DNA of 64,000 nucleotides from Chrysomallon squamiferum (lineage: Eukaryota; Animalia; Mollusca), in the NCBI GenBank assembly GCA_012295275.1, contig CM022679.1, positions 18,600,001-18,664,000 on the forward strand, given 5' to 3'. The translations under genes were made by a program, and so were the position numbers. Positions 1 to 10,591 of the stretch are shown piece after piece (position 1 is the stretch's first letter; each line of letters begins with the position of its first letter). The notes beneath the pieces were generated by a model. The model saw nothing but the letters and a program-made list of their open reading frames with translations, ran no database searches and was not told the origin of the DNA.

Positions 1-598
1 TACCATCTGTGGAGTATTCTAAATCAATAGTATTTGCAATTCTTGGAACAATAGATGCCATTCACTTTGAAAGAAATAGAATGAGGCGCAAGCAGACATT
101 CTGCTAGATTCTCATGCACAGACACTCAGAAAGTGTTCAGCAATGCAGAAGCTGTACCATATCTATGCAGGAACCCACAATGGCCACATGTTAACTGTAG
201 AGAAACTGAAAGGAATAGTGCATTGTATTCTGTGGAATCTAATTTTATAAAGAATATATATTTATAAAATTAATAAATATATAATTAATGAATCAATCAG
301 GTTTTTACTGGTGTTATTTTTGTTTTTTTTTGTTTTTTTATAAAATTTTGTTCAAAGTTTGAAATGTGACAAATTGGATTTCACTATATAAAGATATACA
401 TGATATTCAAAATTGTAACTGAAATTAAATTGATCAGTATTAAAAGACTTTGAATATCGTCATTTAAGAAATTATTCATTATTTAAGATAATATTAAGCC
501 TTTAATTCAGAAATAAAGAATAGTATCAAATACAAAATTTGTGATTATCACTTCTAGTCTCATTCTGTAATTGAAATGTACTTATATTTCCTCTTCAG

Positions 599-892
599 TG
601 AGCTTGGAATTAACATTTCTGATGTCGAATTTCAAACCAGGAATTAGTGACCCTAGCATCTTTGAGCTACCTGTTCAGTGTCATAATGCAACTGTAAGTT
701 TAATGACAGTGGATTGTATTTGAATTATGATTAAATTATTTTATAATTTATGCATTAATGTAACTTGTTAATAATAGTTAATGAATTTTGTTCAAGTAGC
801 TTGGATTTGAGAGAGAGAGAAAGATATATATATATATTAGTTTCTTTAATTTATTTTTATTTATTTTTCAGCACATACCTGGACCCATTTAA
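599..892 (+). CDS. EPDR: Ependymin-related protein paralog A, 3' part only: exons 599-693 and 872-892; 5' exons lie upstream of the window
   Basis: Exon 599-693 (ttcag|...|gtaagt) reads xSLELTFLMSNFKPGISDPSIFELPVQCHNAT, matching the ependymin C-terminal F..GI.DP..F..P..C motif and exon 5 of paralogs B and C (phase 1 in, phase 0 out). Last exon reads HIPGPI*, with AATAAA at 891. Confidence 0.85.
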
Positions 893-1563
893 TAAAATAT
901 TAAATCGTTGAAAATCGTTGTGCTGTGTATTATTATTATTATATATATATATATATTTTTTTTTTTTTGAATATTATAAATTTACAATTTAAATTATATC
1001 TTTAACATTAATGTTTTTATTTAAGAACTTCCTATGCAAAATTGTGAACATTTACACATTGCACCAGGAACTGCATATTTGATCAATTATAAAGAGATGT
1101 TATAACAATTGCAAAATCTAGTTTGATTCAGCTACAGCAGTTATTGTATTAGATAAATAAAACAATATAAAATTAAACAACAAAATAATATAGAAAATAA
1201 GTTTATTGAATTATTTAAAACAGCTGGAATAGGCTGGACAGAAATTATCTTGTTATATTTAGTTTTAAAAGAGTTATAGTTTAGTCAAACATTAAAAAAT
1301 AATAAAAATGTTACAGATTTATGAATATGGTGCACATTAATCTTGTAAAATGAGTTACAAAAGGACTGCCCATCAAAAAAATTAAAGTTGAAAAATATGT
1401 CAATACAGTTTATTTTTACAAAATATACACATGGTCTTATGCTTTGTATTACTTTTTCTATATATTGTTTAGTTTATTCACAATTTATTTTAAATTATTT
1501 ATTCACTATGATGTGTTACATAATAATTATTTTTCATGTTATTCTGTATCTGTTGTACACAGT

Positions 1564-1623
1564 CTATTCAGTAAATAGAAGGTTGAAAGCAGTTAAAGCT
1601 CTTTGTGTTCGTTCTGGAATTGC
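1564..1623 (-). CDS. EPDR-B exon 6 (terminal)
   Basis: ttttcag|AIPERTQRALTAFNLLFTE-TAG. Confidence 0.82.
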   Translation of the reverse strand, partial: AIPERTQRALTAFNLLFTE

Positions 1624-3648
1624 CTGAAAATATAATTAACATAATTAGTTTTAAAATCAGTATCTGTCACATATTATGATTATGCACAAAATTAAGTAAA
1701 TTAAAAACATTAAAATTTAAAGAAAATAAATTTAAATGTAAATATTTATCTATTATATCCAAAATGCAAAAAACAAGGACAGAAGTTTACCTCATCTGAT
1801 GACATGATCTCACAGTTAGTTGGAAAGCTATCGAAGATAGCAGGTTTGCTCAAGCCAGGTTGAAAGTTTGTCATAAAAAATACAAGATCCACCTTTGCTG
1901 TTGATAAACAAACTATAATATATATTTTCTTTTTCTTTTAGTATGTTTAGATAAGTATATTATTATAGAGTTGTTAATCAGTATAAAATGTAACTATTAG
2001 GGGAAGTGTACATGTACTGAACCCCCTAACTTCTGACCTTCTCTGCTCAGTCTAGATGGAATCATTGAAGATCAGTCTAGTCGAAATTGATAGATGTTAG
2101 ATACCTTAAGACACTCATAAAGAAAAAAAAAAAGATTAACTTATTAACTCCCAAGTTTTATGGACCAATAAACAAATTCCAACAAAGGTTCAATTTAGGG
2201 CCGTAGTAACTTTTATTGAACCAGGCTTAAACAAAAGGACACAGTCATTCAATATAGGAAATTCCATGTATCCTTTTTAAATTCCATTTCCAATACATTC
2301 TAACTGAGATTGCTGCACTGTTCACTGTGTCAGTTATATTGTCGAGATCCTTGTATAAGTTGATTGTCATTTTTGATCACAGCATATCTGACTGTGTCAA
2401 CTCCTCTCTGGGACCATGACTCATAATCTATATTTTCAGATTTGGAATCTTCTTTTACAGATTCGGGCAGAACACAGTGCTGTTCAGGTTCAGATTGATT
2501 GTCAGATTCGGTAGTGCTGTAGCTGTTGCCACAATAATGACATCTCAGTGACGATGTGTTCTGTTGATCAGACACTGTAACTGAACTTTCCACTTCAAAT
2601 CTGGCTGCAGCTGCATAATCAGAATCAAGCCACACATTTGGGTTGCAGGGTAATATAGGTTCAATATAGGGCAACTACTAGACATAAAAATACCCACATG
2701 TAATTTTTTGATCCTCATATGCAAAGACTATGTCCTAACATATTGATACATATGTACTTACATGCCCACCAGCACTACACACCTACAAAAATAGACAAAA
2801 GTTACATTTGCATGAGCAAAATTAGATTTTTCCTCACCTTTTTTGCATCAGTTGATCTTTCACTATCCTTAATATCAATCACAAAATGCATGATATTGAC
2901 CAATGTATCACACAGCTGTTCAGCGGTTCAATATAGGTACAGGTTCAGTATAATGTACACTTCCCCTACACTGTTGATGTATTAGTAGCAATATTATAAG
3001 AAATTAATCTTTAAAAATTAAAAATATGTTATTAATACTGTTTTATCTGAATATAGGTTTTCAGAGTAAATATTAAAATCATTTATAATATTTTTTGTTT
3101 ATGTTATATACACAGATTTAAATATATATGTATATGTGTGTGCATGCATATATGTCGGATGTGTCAAAATTTTGGAATCCCTCTTTATGAATAAATTCAT
3201 GAATTTTGTCTGCATAAATATCAGTTGTGTAAATTCTTGTGCTCTTGTACATTTCTGCACTGGTGAATTGCACCTTTTGATCCATCTGGGCGAGGAACAA
3301 GATGTCCTGTAATAGTTTCTACCAAGGGAATACAGCCATACTTAGTGACTCCAATTCTCGTTTTCATATCGGAATTCATGTAGAGCACTTGAAAATAGTC
3401 CACTTCCACTTTGTTAGCTCCAAAGCCAAAGTAAGTAGAACCCAAATGTGTAGCATTCACTGAAATGATTTATTATCAAATGTTGTTTACTACAGTGTTT
3501 CACAGTTAATACTACTGTGGTTTTATAAACCAAGAGAGTTTGTGAATTCACAATTATATATTAACATTATTTAACAATGTCCAAACATTGAGAACTATAA
3601 CGGTTTTAGGCAATACTTTTTATTTAGTTATTTATTTTTAATTTTTTA

Positions 3649-3690
<42 letters not shown>

Positions 3691-4380
3691 TCTTGTTAGT
3701 TTGAAAATGACCATTTATTTGTAATGTACTTTATGTTGAGCAAATTTCACTAAATATATATTATTAAATAACAAAAAACAACTTTTGAATTTTTACTTGG
3801 CATACAAGGTGATCGCAAAACTTGAATGGCCTGCATTTCTTTGCATGTTCCATTCGGAAACTGCACAAACTGCTTGTTCTGGAAATAAAATGTATTTGTA
3901 AATAAAAACAAATCATTAAGAAATATTACTATTACTACTGCTACTCCTAATATTATTTCTACTGGAACTACATCTACTACTTTTCTATTAATTTGCTAGT
4001 ATCACTATAACTATTATTATAGATGTGCTATACTCTTAGTTCTACTACAATTACTGCTGCTGCTTCTACTACTACTAAATAGCTGTAGTGTGCTTATTAC
4101 TACCAATATTACTATTATTACAAAAGAGTTGTAATTTCTTACTATGTTGAAATCGACGAAAATGTTGATTTCTTCCCTTCTTCCATCTAAATGGACCATT
4201 CTAGATTCTATAACAGCCTTCCTTCTGTATTCATCAAAATGCAACTTATTACCACCCTTATGAAAAGTATGAAATACACTTACATTAGTTATCTAATACA
4301 TACATATAGAGTATGCTGCATCGAGGTCAAATATTTTCTTAAATTAAGTATAAATAAAGCTGTTGATGATGATGATGATG

Positions 4381-4428
<48 letters not shown>

Positions 4429-7400
4429 TAGTAAGCAGAAAGTAAACAGATTTCAGCAAAATCAAAAGAAATATATTTAAATTATAATATCTGTGATTGG
4501 AGCTTAAATGGATGAAATCTCACAAAAATGAATATTTATCATTACAAATATAATTACATTACGTTGTATTTAACACTGGTGTATGTTGGTGTTTGTCATA
4601 GATTATCTTCTTGTTATGGAGATATTTAATGTTGTAGATTCTATTTACTAAGCCCCTGCATGTGAACATTCTTAGAATAGCCAATAACTGCTTAACTCCT
4701 CAAAAGAGGTGCCTTACTTGCCGTGAAGTAGACGATGGGATTTTGGTGGTTGAGTCATGGTTAATGTCTGAAACTGAGCTCATAGCCATTGACAACAAAC
4801 CATAGTAATGTAGACGAGAGATCAGGTTCAGCTCGTTCTGATCAATCGACTGGTCATGCCAAGCTCAAGACCTAACAACCATTGTTTTGTTAAATTTTGT
4901 TGAGAGCAAAGATGGTAACTTGTATTGAATTTGTTGCTCTTGGGCCAGTGGCTAGGGCCAATCAGGTGATTTATATTTCTATTGCCTGAATATATCAGCC
5001 ATGTATCCCTGGCATGACTGTGGTTGTTATCCACAGCAGCATATCCCCTTGTAAAAAGACATCCTGGAGGAAATATATTACCAATATCAGTTCCCAAACA
5101 CCAGTCAAATCTGGCTGGAATAGGATTCGAACAATCAAGGGAAAGGCATCATCCAGTAACACTGTCAATGATAAAGATTTCAAGTCTCACCATGATTTTG
5201 CTAACCTATTGGCAGATACTTTTTATCATAATTCTTCGTCTTCCTTCAGGACAAATGATTTTGCATCTGTTCGTAATAAAACTGAAAAGCAGATTATTAA
5301 TTTTTCATCTGATAATGCTGAAATATACAATATGCCCTTCTCCACAGAACGATTGCAGGATGCTCTACGTAGAACTTATGACACTTCAGTAGGCCCAGAT
5401 GAAATGCACTATCAGTGACTTAAACATTTACCCAACTCTTCTCTCTTGCTTCTTCTAAACATTTTCAAGCAATTGTGATTCCTATTCCTAAGTCTGGTAA
5501 GGATCCAACAAAGCCTACTAATTATCGCCCAATTGCCCTGACAAGTTGCATCTGCAAAACCATGGAATGAATGATCAATCGAATGAATGGTCTGGTTTCT
5601 TGAAGCTCACAAACTGCTTATTAATGTGCAGTGTGGTTTCAGATCTAGACGTAGCACGTCAGATCATCTTGTTAGATTTGAAACTTTTTGCAGGGAAGCT
5701 TTCATTCACAATTAACACCTTGTTTCGGTGTTTTCTTTATATATTTTTATATGACACTGCATGGAAATATGGAATTATGAAGGACCGCCATGACTTCGGT
5801 CTAAGAGATCGCCTTCCTATATTAATAAATAATTTTTTAAAAGACAGATCTTTGGGATTTACTTTTTCTGATTCCTATGCGCAAGAGATGGGTGTACCTT
5901 GGGTTAGTATCCTGTTCATAACTTTATTTTCTGTGAAAATTAACAGCATCACCCAGTGTTTAAAACCGTGTGTCGATTGCTCTTTATATGTGGACGATTT
6001 TCAGGTTTGCTACCGATCGCGCAACATGAATATTATCGAACATCAGTTACAGATTTTTCTGAATAAACTTCAGTAATGGGCAACTGACAACGGATTTAGG
6101 TTCTCTGTATGTATGCATATCTGACTGAAAAGAGGTCTCCATTCGGACCCACAGTTATTGCTTGACAAAAGTCCAATTCCTTTCCTGGATGAAACCACAT
6201 TTCTGGGTTATTTTCGACGGGAAATTATCCTTTGTACCCGTTCTAAAATATATTAAAAAGAAGGCCCTAAAAGCCCTCAATATTTTAAAAGTTATTGGCA
6301 ATACTGAATGGGGAGCAGGCCGAAAGGTCAGGCTCCGATTTTATAGGTCTTTAATAAGATCTAAACTGGATTATGGATGCATTGTATATGGGTCAGCACG
6401 CAGTTCTGCTAGATCCCATACACAACCAGGGACTTAGGCGTTGTATTGGTGCATTCAAAACAAATCCTGTGCAGAGCTTGTACATTGACGCACACGAACC
6501 TTGTTTGGATGCTAGACTTCAAACCTTTCTCTCCAGTATACTAATAAGATAAAAACTTTACCACAATCCTGCACATGACACAATATTTGACAATAAATAT
6601 TTGAGGTTATTTGATGCAAGGCCGAATGACATTAAAGCTTCAGGCAGTTTTTAACTGCTTCCGACATATTTCGTGCTTCCACCACTGTGTGTTAAACTAT
6701 CAAACATTGTGGTGGATCTTGTGCATGGTATAAAAGATAGCACAGATCCTATTATTTATCATAAATTTTTCATAGAAATAAAAGAAAGATTCCGCGATTT
6801 TATATCTTTTTATACGGATGGATCGCGTGATGCGAATTCGTTGGCTTGTGCTGCAGTTTTTCCGTCGGACATAACTTTTTCCATTAGATTGTGTGATTCG
6901 ACATCAGTTTTCACTGCTGAAATTCAGGCCATTCTTAAAGCCCTGGAAGTAATTAAACATTACTTTGCATCCAAATGCATTATTTTCACAGATTCACTTT
7001 CATTTCTTCATGCTTTACACTACATGAATTTGGAGTATCACTTGATTGCAATGGTTATATGAAAGTGTGTCTTATTATCTAATGCCAATAAAAATATTGT
7101 TTTTTGTTGGGTACCCAGCCAGGCAATGAAAAGGCAGACTCTTCTGCCAAGTCTGCTTTAGATTGAGGTTGGTGTGCCTTACAATGATTTTAAACATCAA
7201 ATTCACAAACATATTTTTTCGATTTCGCAGGATGATTGGAACGGTGCAATCGTGAACAAATTTCATTCTGTGAAGCCAGTCCTGGGAGTGTGGGGGTCCT
7301 CCTACAGACGGTGTAGGAAGGATGAGATAGTCATATGTCGTGCTCGCATCGGTCATACTTGTTTGACCCATTCATTTATCCTGAAGAAGGATTGTCCACC

Positions 7401-8092
7401 TCAGTGTGAACACTGTCAGTGTCCTCCGACAGGGCACCACATGTTGGTGGAGTGCGAGCATCTTAGGCAGATATGGAAGGATGTATTTGGTCAAATGCGT
7501 GTGATAGAATCATTTCAATTCCATCCTGAACTTGTTTTGAAATTTCTGAGAGTTACAGAATTTTGCCATAAATTATAATTGAAATAAATTGTGATATCTT
7601 TTGCACATATCTTTACACTTTTTTGACTAATTTTAACTTTGAATTCTTATATAGAAAACATTCACCATTTTGGTATATTTAACTTTGCTTGACACCCAAT
7701 AACCGAAAAGCCGATATTTTGTTTTTGTGCTGGGGTATCGTAAAACATTCATTTATTCGATTTACTATGACTAGATTGAACTTAAAATTTAAAGTGCTGG
7801 CATAATCAAATGTAAACCATCTTCTTACTCAAAATGGATACTAATAACGAATTAATTGTGATAAAGCAATTAGCTGAAAGTATCAGTTAATTTAGTAATC
7901 TTACCAAGGTGACTACCACAATGCAATACGTACGATGAGAACAGAGGAAGATGGGAGACCATGTTCATTGTAAAACGAACCAAACGTTTCCCCAATGGAC
8001 ATTTCAAACTGGTGGTCAGTGCAGCATGGCTTAGGTGCCTGGCAGAATACCACTGTCCAGATTAAAGCTGAAAGCACAATTTTCAGGACCAT
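1564..8092 (-). CDS. EPDR: Ependymin-related secreted protein paralog B, 235 aa; exons (minus) 8092-7934, 4256-4143, 3878-3797, 3459-3274, 1897-1791, 1623-1564
   Basis: Spliced frame is open: MVLKIVLSALIWTVVFCQAPKPCCTDHQFEMSIGE...LHFDEYRRKAVIES...NGTCKE...PCMPMNATHLGSTYFGFG...VTKYGCIPLVE...FMTNFQPGLSKPAIFDSFPTNC...AIPERTQRALTAFNLLFTE*. Signal peptide, N-terminal CC, PCxP, GCxP and C-terminal Cys fit invertebrate EPDRs. All introns are GT-AG with phases 0,0,1,1,0 as in paralog C. The exon-4 donor (AG|gtgcaa) is weak. Confidence 0.9.
1791..1897 (-). CDS. EPDR-B exon 5, 107 nt
   Basis: KVDLVFFMTNFQPGLSKPAIFDSFPTNCEIMSSDE; caacag|...|gtaaac; same length as EPDR-C exon 5. Confidence 0.88.
2000..2966 (-). 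mobile_element. Non-autonomous pogo-like (Tc1/mariner superfamily) DNA transposon in EPDR-B intron 4
   Basis: TIRs GGGGAAGTGTACAT(G/TA)TACTGAACC at 2000-2023 and, inverted, 2942-2966, each flanked by TA. Internal GGTTCAATATAGG-like repeats. Relic ORF 2330-2674(-) contains ILPCNPNVWLDSDYAAA, resembling the GIxPFNPxxFxDxDF motif that ends DDE_1 pogo transposases. Confidence 0.8.
3274..3459 (-). CDS. EPDR-B exon 4, 186 nt
   Basis: MNATHLGSTYFGFGANKVEVDYFQVLYMNSDMKTRIGVTKYGCIPLVETITGHLVPRPDGSK; homologous to EPDR-C exon 4; donor position inferred from phase. Confidence 0.82.
3797..3878 (-). CDS. EPDR-B exon 3, 82 nt
   Basis: NKQFVQFPNGTCKEMQAIQVLRSPCMP; tttccag|...|gtaaaa. Confidence 0.88.
4143..4256 (-). 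CDS. EPDR-B exon 2, 114 nt
   Basis: GGNKLHFDEYRRKAVIESRMVHLDGRREEINIFVDFNI; aag|...|gtaag; same length as EPDR-C exon 2. Confidence 0.88.
4651..7754 (+). mobile_element. Degenerate non-LTR retrotransposon (I-group-like: RT + RNase H + C-terminal CCHC), antisense in EPDR-B intron 1
   Basis: Frameshifted ORF2 fragments: PIPKSGKDPTKPTNYRPIALTSC (~5480-5550), QCGFRSRRST, YVDD (5987-5998), LIRSKLDYGCIVYGSA, RNase H YTDGS (6811-6825) and TAEIQAI...IFTDS, RARIGHT...CEHC...HMLVEC. 3' end CATTCATT. Candidate TSD ATTC(T/G)ATTTACTA at 4638-4650 and 7755-7767. Confidence 0.92.
7934..8092 (-). CDS. EPDR-B exon 1 (signal peptide + CC motif), 159 nt
   Basis: ATG at 8092, donor ATC|gtacgt; same length as EPDR-C exon 1. 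Confidence 0.9.
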
Positions 8093-9335
8093 TTTGAATC
8101 GCTAATGCGTTGTCTTGCCAAAACTAGAAGAAGAAGAAAAAATATTCTAATCAGCAACGAACCACCAGACCTGTTTACAGCTGTGTGCTTCAGATAACAA
8201 ATAATGTATTCATATCAGAATTATTTGTCATTTATATTTAGTTTAGTTGTAACTGATAATAAATTTTCGTCTTGGTCATATTTATTTATCATAACTGTCA
8301 GCATTATTATTTCCATAGCTAACGTTTATTTAAGAAAAAGAAAAAAAGAAAAAGAAAAAAAAAAAAAGAAAGAAAAAGGAGTATGAAAAAAGGTCAAATC
8401 ACTTTAGCGTTAAAAGGGGAAATTACTGAATTATGAAGACAGACATTTCATTAATTTTAAAGAAATATTCAGCATGTGTTTTCAGCATACAGATTCTAAC
8501 TAATCTGTGAACTATGTAATTAATAAGCAGTTTATAATATTATTGTTACAAACAGTTCATAAATAGCCAAGCTATATAATAATATATTTGATTTGCCAAT
8601 TTGTTACTGAAATATTTTCAAATTTACGTAGAACAAAATTAAAGGAGACATGTTTTAAAAGACCCGATAACGTTACTGTAGATTAGATATATTTTGTTAT
8701 TTATAGACGCAACAACAAAGTATCAGAGAGGAGACTGAAACCAGCAGTAACGGAAATTTAAAAAACGTGACTATTTTGTGTTTGTAGCTTCTAAATTACT
8801 TAGTTTTCTCAAATTAGCCTAATGTTCATTGCTGTTAGTTTTTAATGGACATGAGAAATGAGAATGCTTGCTATATTTCGTACTAAACATCAAGATAATG
8901 ATTTAGTCTTCATTTATAAATGATATATTAATACTAACATCTTGATTCTGACAGTTTTATATATAAATTAAGAATTTGTATTTGTCCAGTGATACACCTA
9001 TTTTAGGTTTATATATCTTACATTATTATTATAATTTTTGAAAATAAATAAACTATTATATAGTTGTAAAAAAAAAAAAAAAAAAAAAATGCTAAAAAGA
9101 CTTTTCTCTCATTAGCAGTCCTTTGTAATATCAAATAAAATACCGCATCAGACTAGTCTTAAAAATAAAAACCTCACAGAAATATAAAAAGAAGCAAACA
9201 AGGTTGAGATACTGAACTGTGTATTATCAAAATAAGTAGGAGAAATAACGTGAGATACAAACAGCCGGACAAAATCTTTTATCGGCTCGTTTGAAATCGG
9301 CGATTGCTGGTTTTTCTCTCATTTACAAGAAAGTA
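8093..9335. promoter_or_regulatory. Divergent (head-to-head) promoter region of EPDR-B and EPDR-C; TATA-like TATAAAAA at 9183 on +
   Basis: Start codons point away from each other with a 1243-bp spacer; TATAAAAA lies ~150 bp upstream of the C start codon. Confidence 0.55.
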
Positions 9336-9494
9336 ATGTTTGTGGCAGTTATTTTCTGTATTTTTGGAGTGGCATGTGCACAACACATGCATCCCCATGG
9401 GTGCTGTGTGGACCGCGAATTCGAAGTTGTTATGGGCGAGGTTGGAGGAAGTATTGTCACAGAACATGGTATACCCACACCGAAACTTCATCAG
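9336..9494 (+). CDS. EPDR-C exon 1, 159 nt
   Basis: Signal peptide + GCC; strong donor CAG|gtaagt. Confidence 0.92.
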
Positions 9495-10288
9495 GTAAGT
9501 AAAATAAGAATTTATAAGAAAAATGTTTGATTTCTTAATATTATTATTTCGATTTTAATTTATATTTAATATAATTAATTTTATTCATTATAATTATTTT
9601 GCAAGCATTATACGAGTTTATGAAATATTTCTTTTATAGAATTTTCAAAGTGTTAATAAGCTAAATTGTTACACATTCGTATTATTAAAAAAATTAAGAT
9701 TATCATTTATATTTTTTCTTCTTATAGAATTCGTTAATAGAGGCGCAAGTCAGATTAATGCATGAATTACATAATTGATTCATCGGCAATTAATGGTAGG
9801 GTTATGGCAACTATCACACAAACAATAGAATGTAATATATATATATATGGCACATACCTACCTATCTACATACCTACCTACATACATACACACATATATG
9901 CATTTATGGAAGTCACATAATAACTCCTCAAGATTTATATAATACAGGTAATGACAAATGACGATGTTTTTGCAGGGCTTTAACATTCTACATTATGATT
10001 ATTATTCAAGGAAGATGGCGGTTGAGTCTCACCTGCGACAAGATGATGGGACATTGAAACTAGCCCATGTTCTCTATGACTTCTTTAATGTAATATATAT
10101 TTCTTAGACGAGTAATATTTTCGTTTTTGCCAGAATCTTACTCTTTAAATATAATTTAAGACAGATTTATTCATGTAGAATATATGCATGTATGTATGTA
10201 TATATATATGTGTGTGTATGGATGGACGGATGAAGTATGTATACAGGTATGCATCTGTATGTATGTACTACTTGTACATATGCGCTTC

Positions 10289-10346
<58 letters not shown>

Positions 10347-10548
10347 TATTGCTATTGTTGTGTTGTTGTTGCTTTTGTTGCTGTTGTTGTTGTTGTTGTT
10401 GTTGTTAATATTATTATTATTACCAGGCCCGAGATTATCACTGTTTGCCGAGGTCCGTCTGTGGATTTGTGAAATAATAAAACATAGTTCGACGATGCAA
10501 TCCCATATCGTAATGCGCAGTACATATAAATTTAAGCCTACAGGCCTG

Positions 10549-10591
<43 letters not shown>

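Noticed and set aside
1-240. Exon 4 of EPDR-A
   Set aside because: No frame matches the G.TY.G...VT..GC.P pattern of paralog exon 4 and no suitable donor was found; probably intronic
5014-7578. ORFs 5014-7578 as host genes
   Set aside because: Frameshifted, stop-interrupted fragments of one retrotransposon ORF2
7899-7933. Stronger-looking minus-strand donor (TTG|gtaag near 7904) for EPDR-B exon 1
   Set aside because: Read-through hits an in-frame TAG first; the donor at 7933 gives the 159-nt exon matching paralog C
9291-9335. TTG-initiated N-terminal extension of EPDR-C from the ORF track
   Set aside because: Non-ATG start is a prokaryotic-style call; ATG 9336 gives a clean signal peptide and an exon length equal to paralog B
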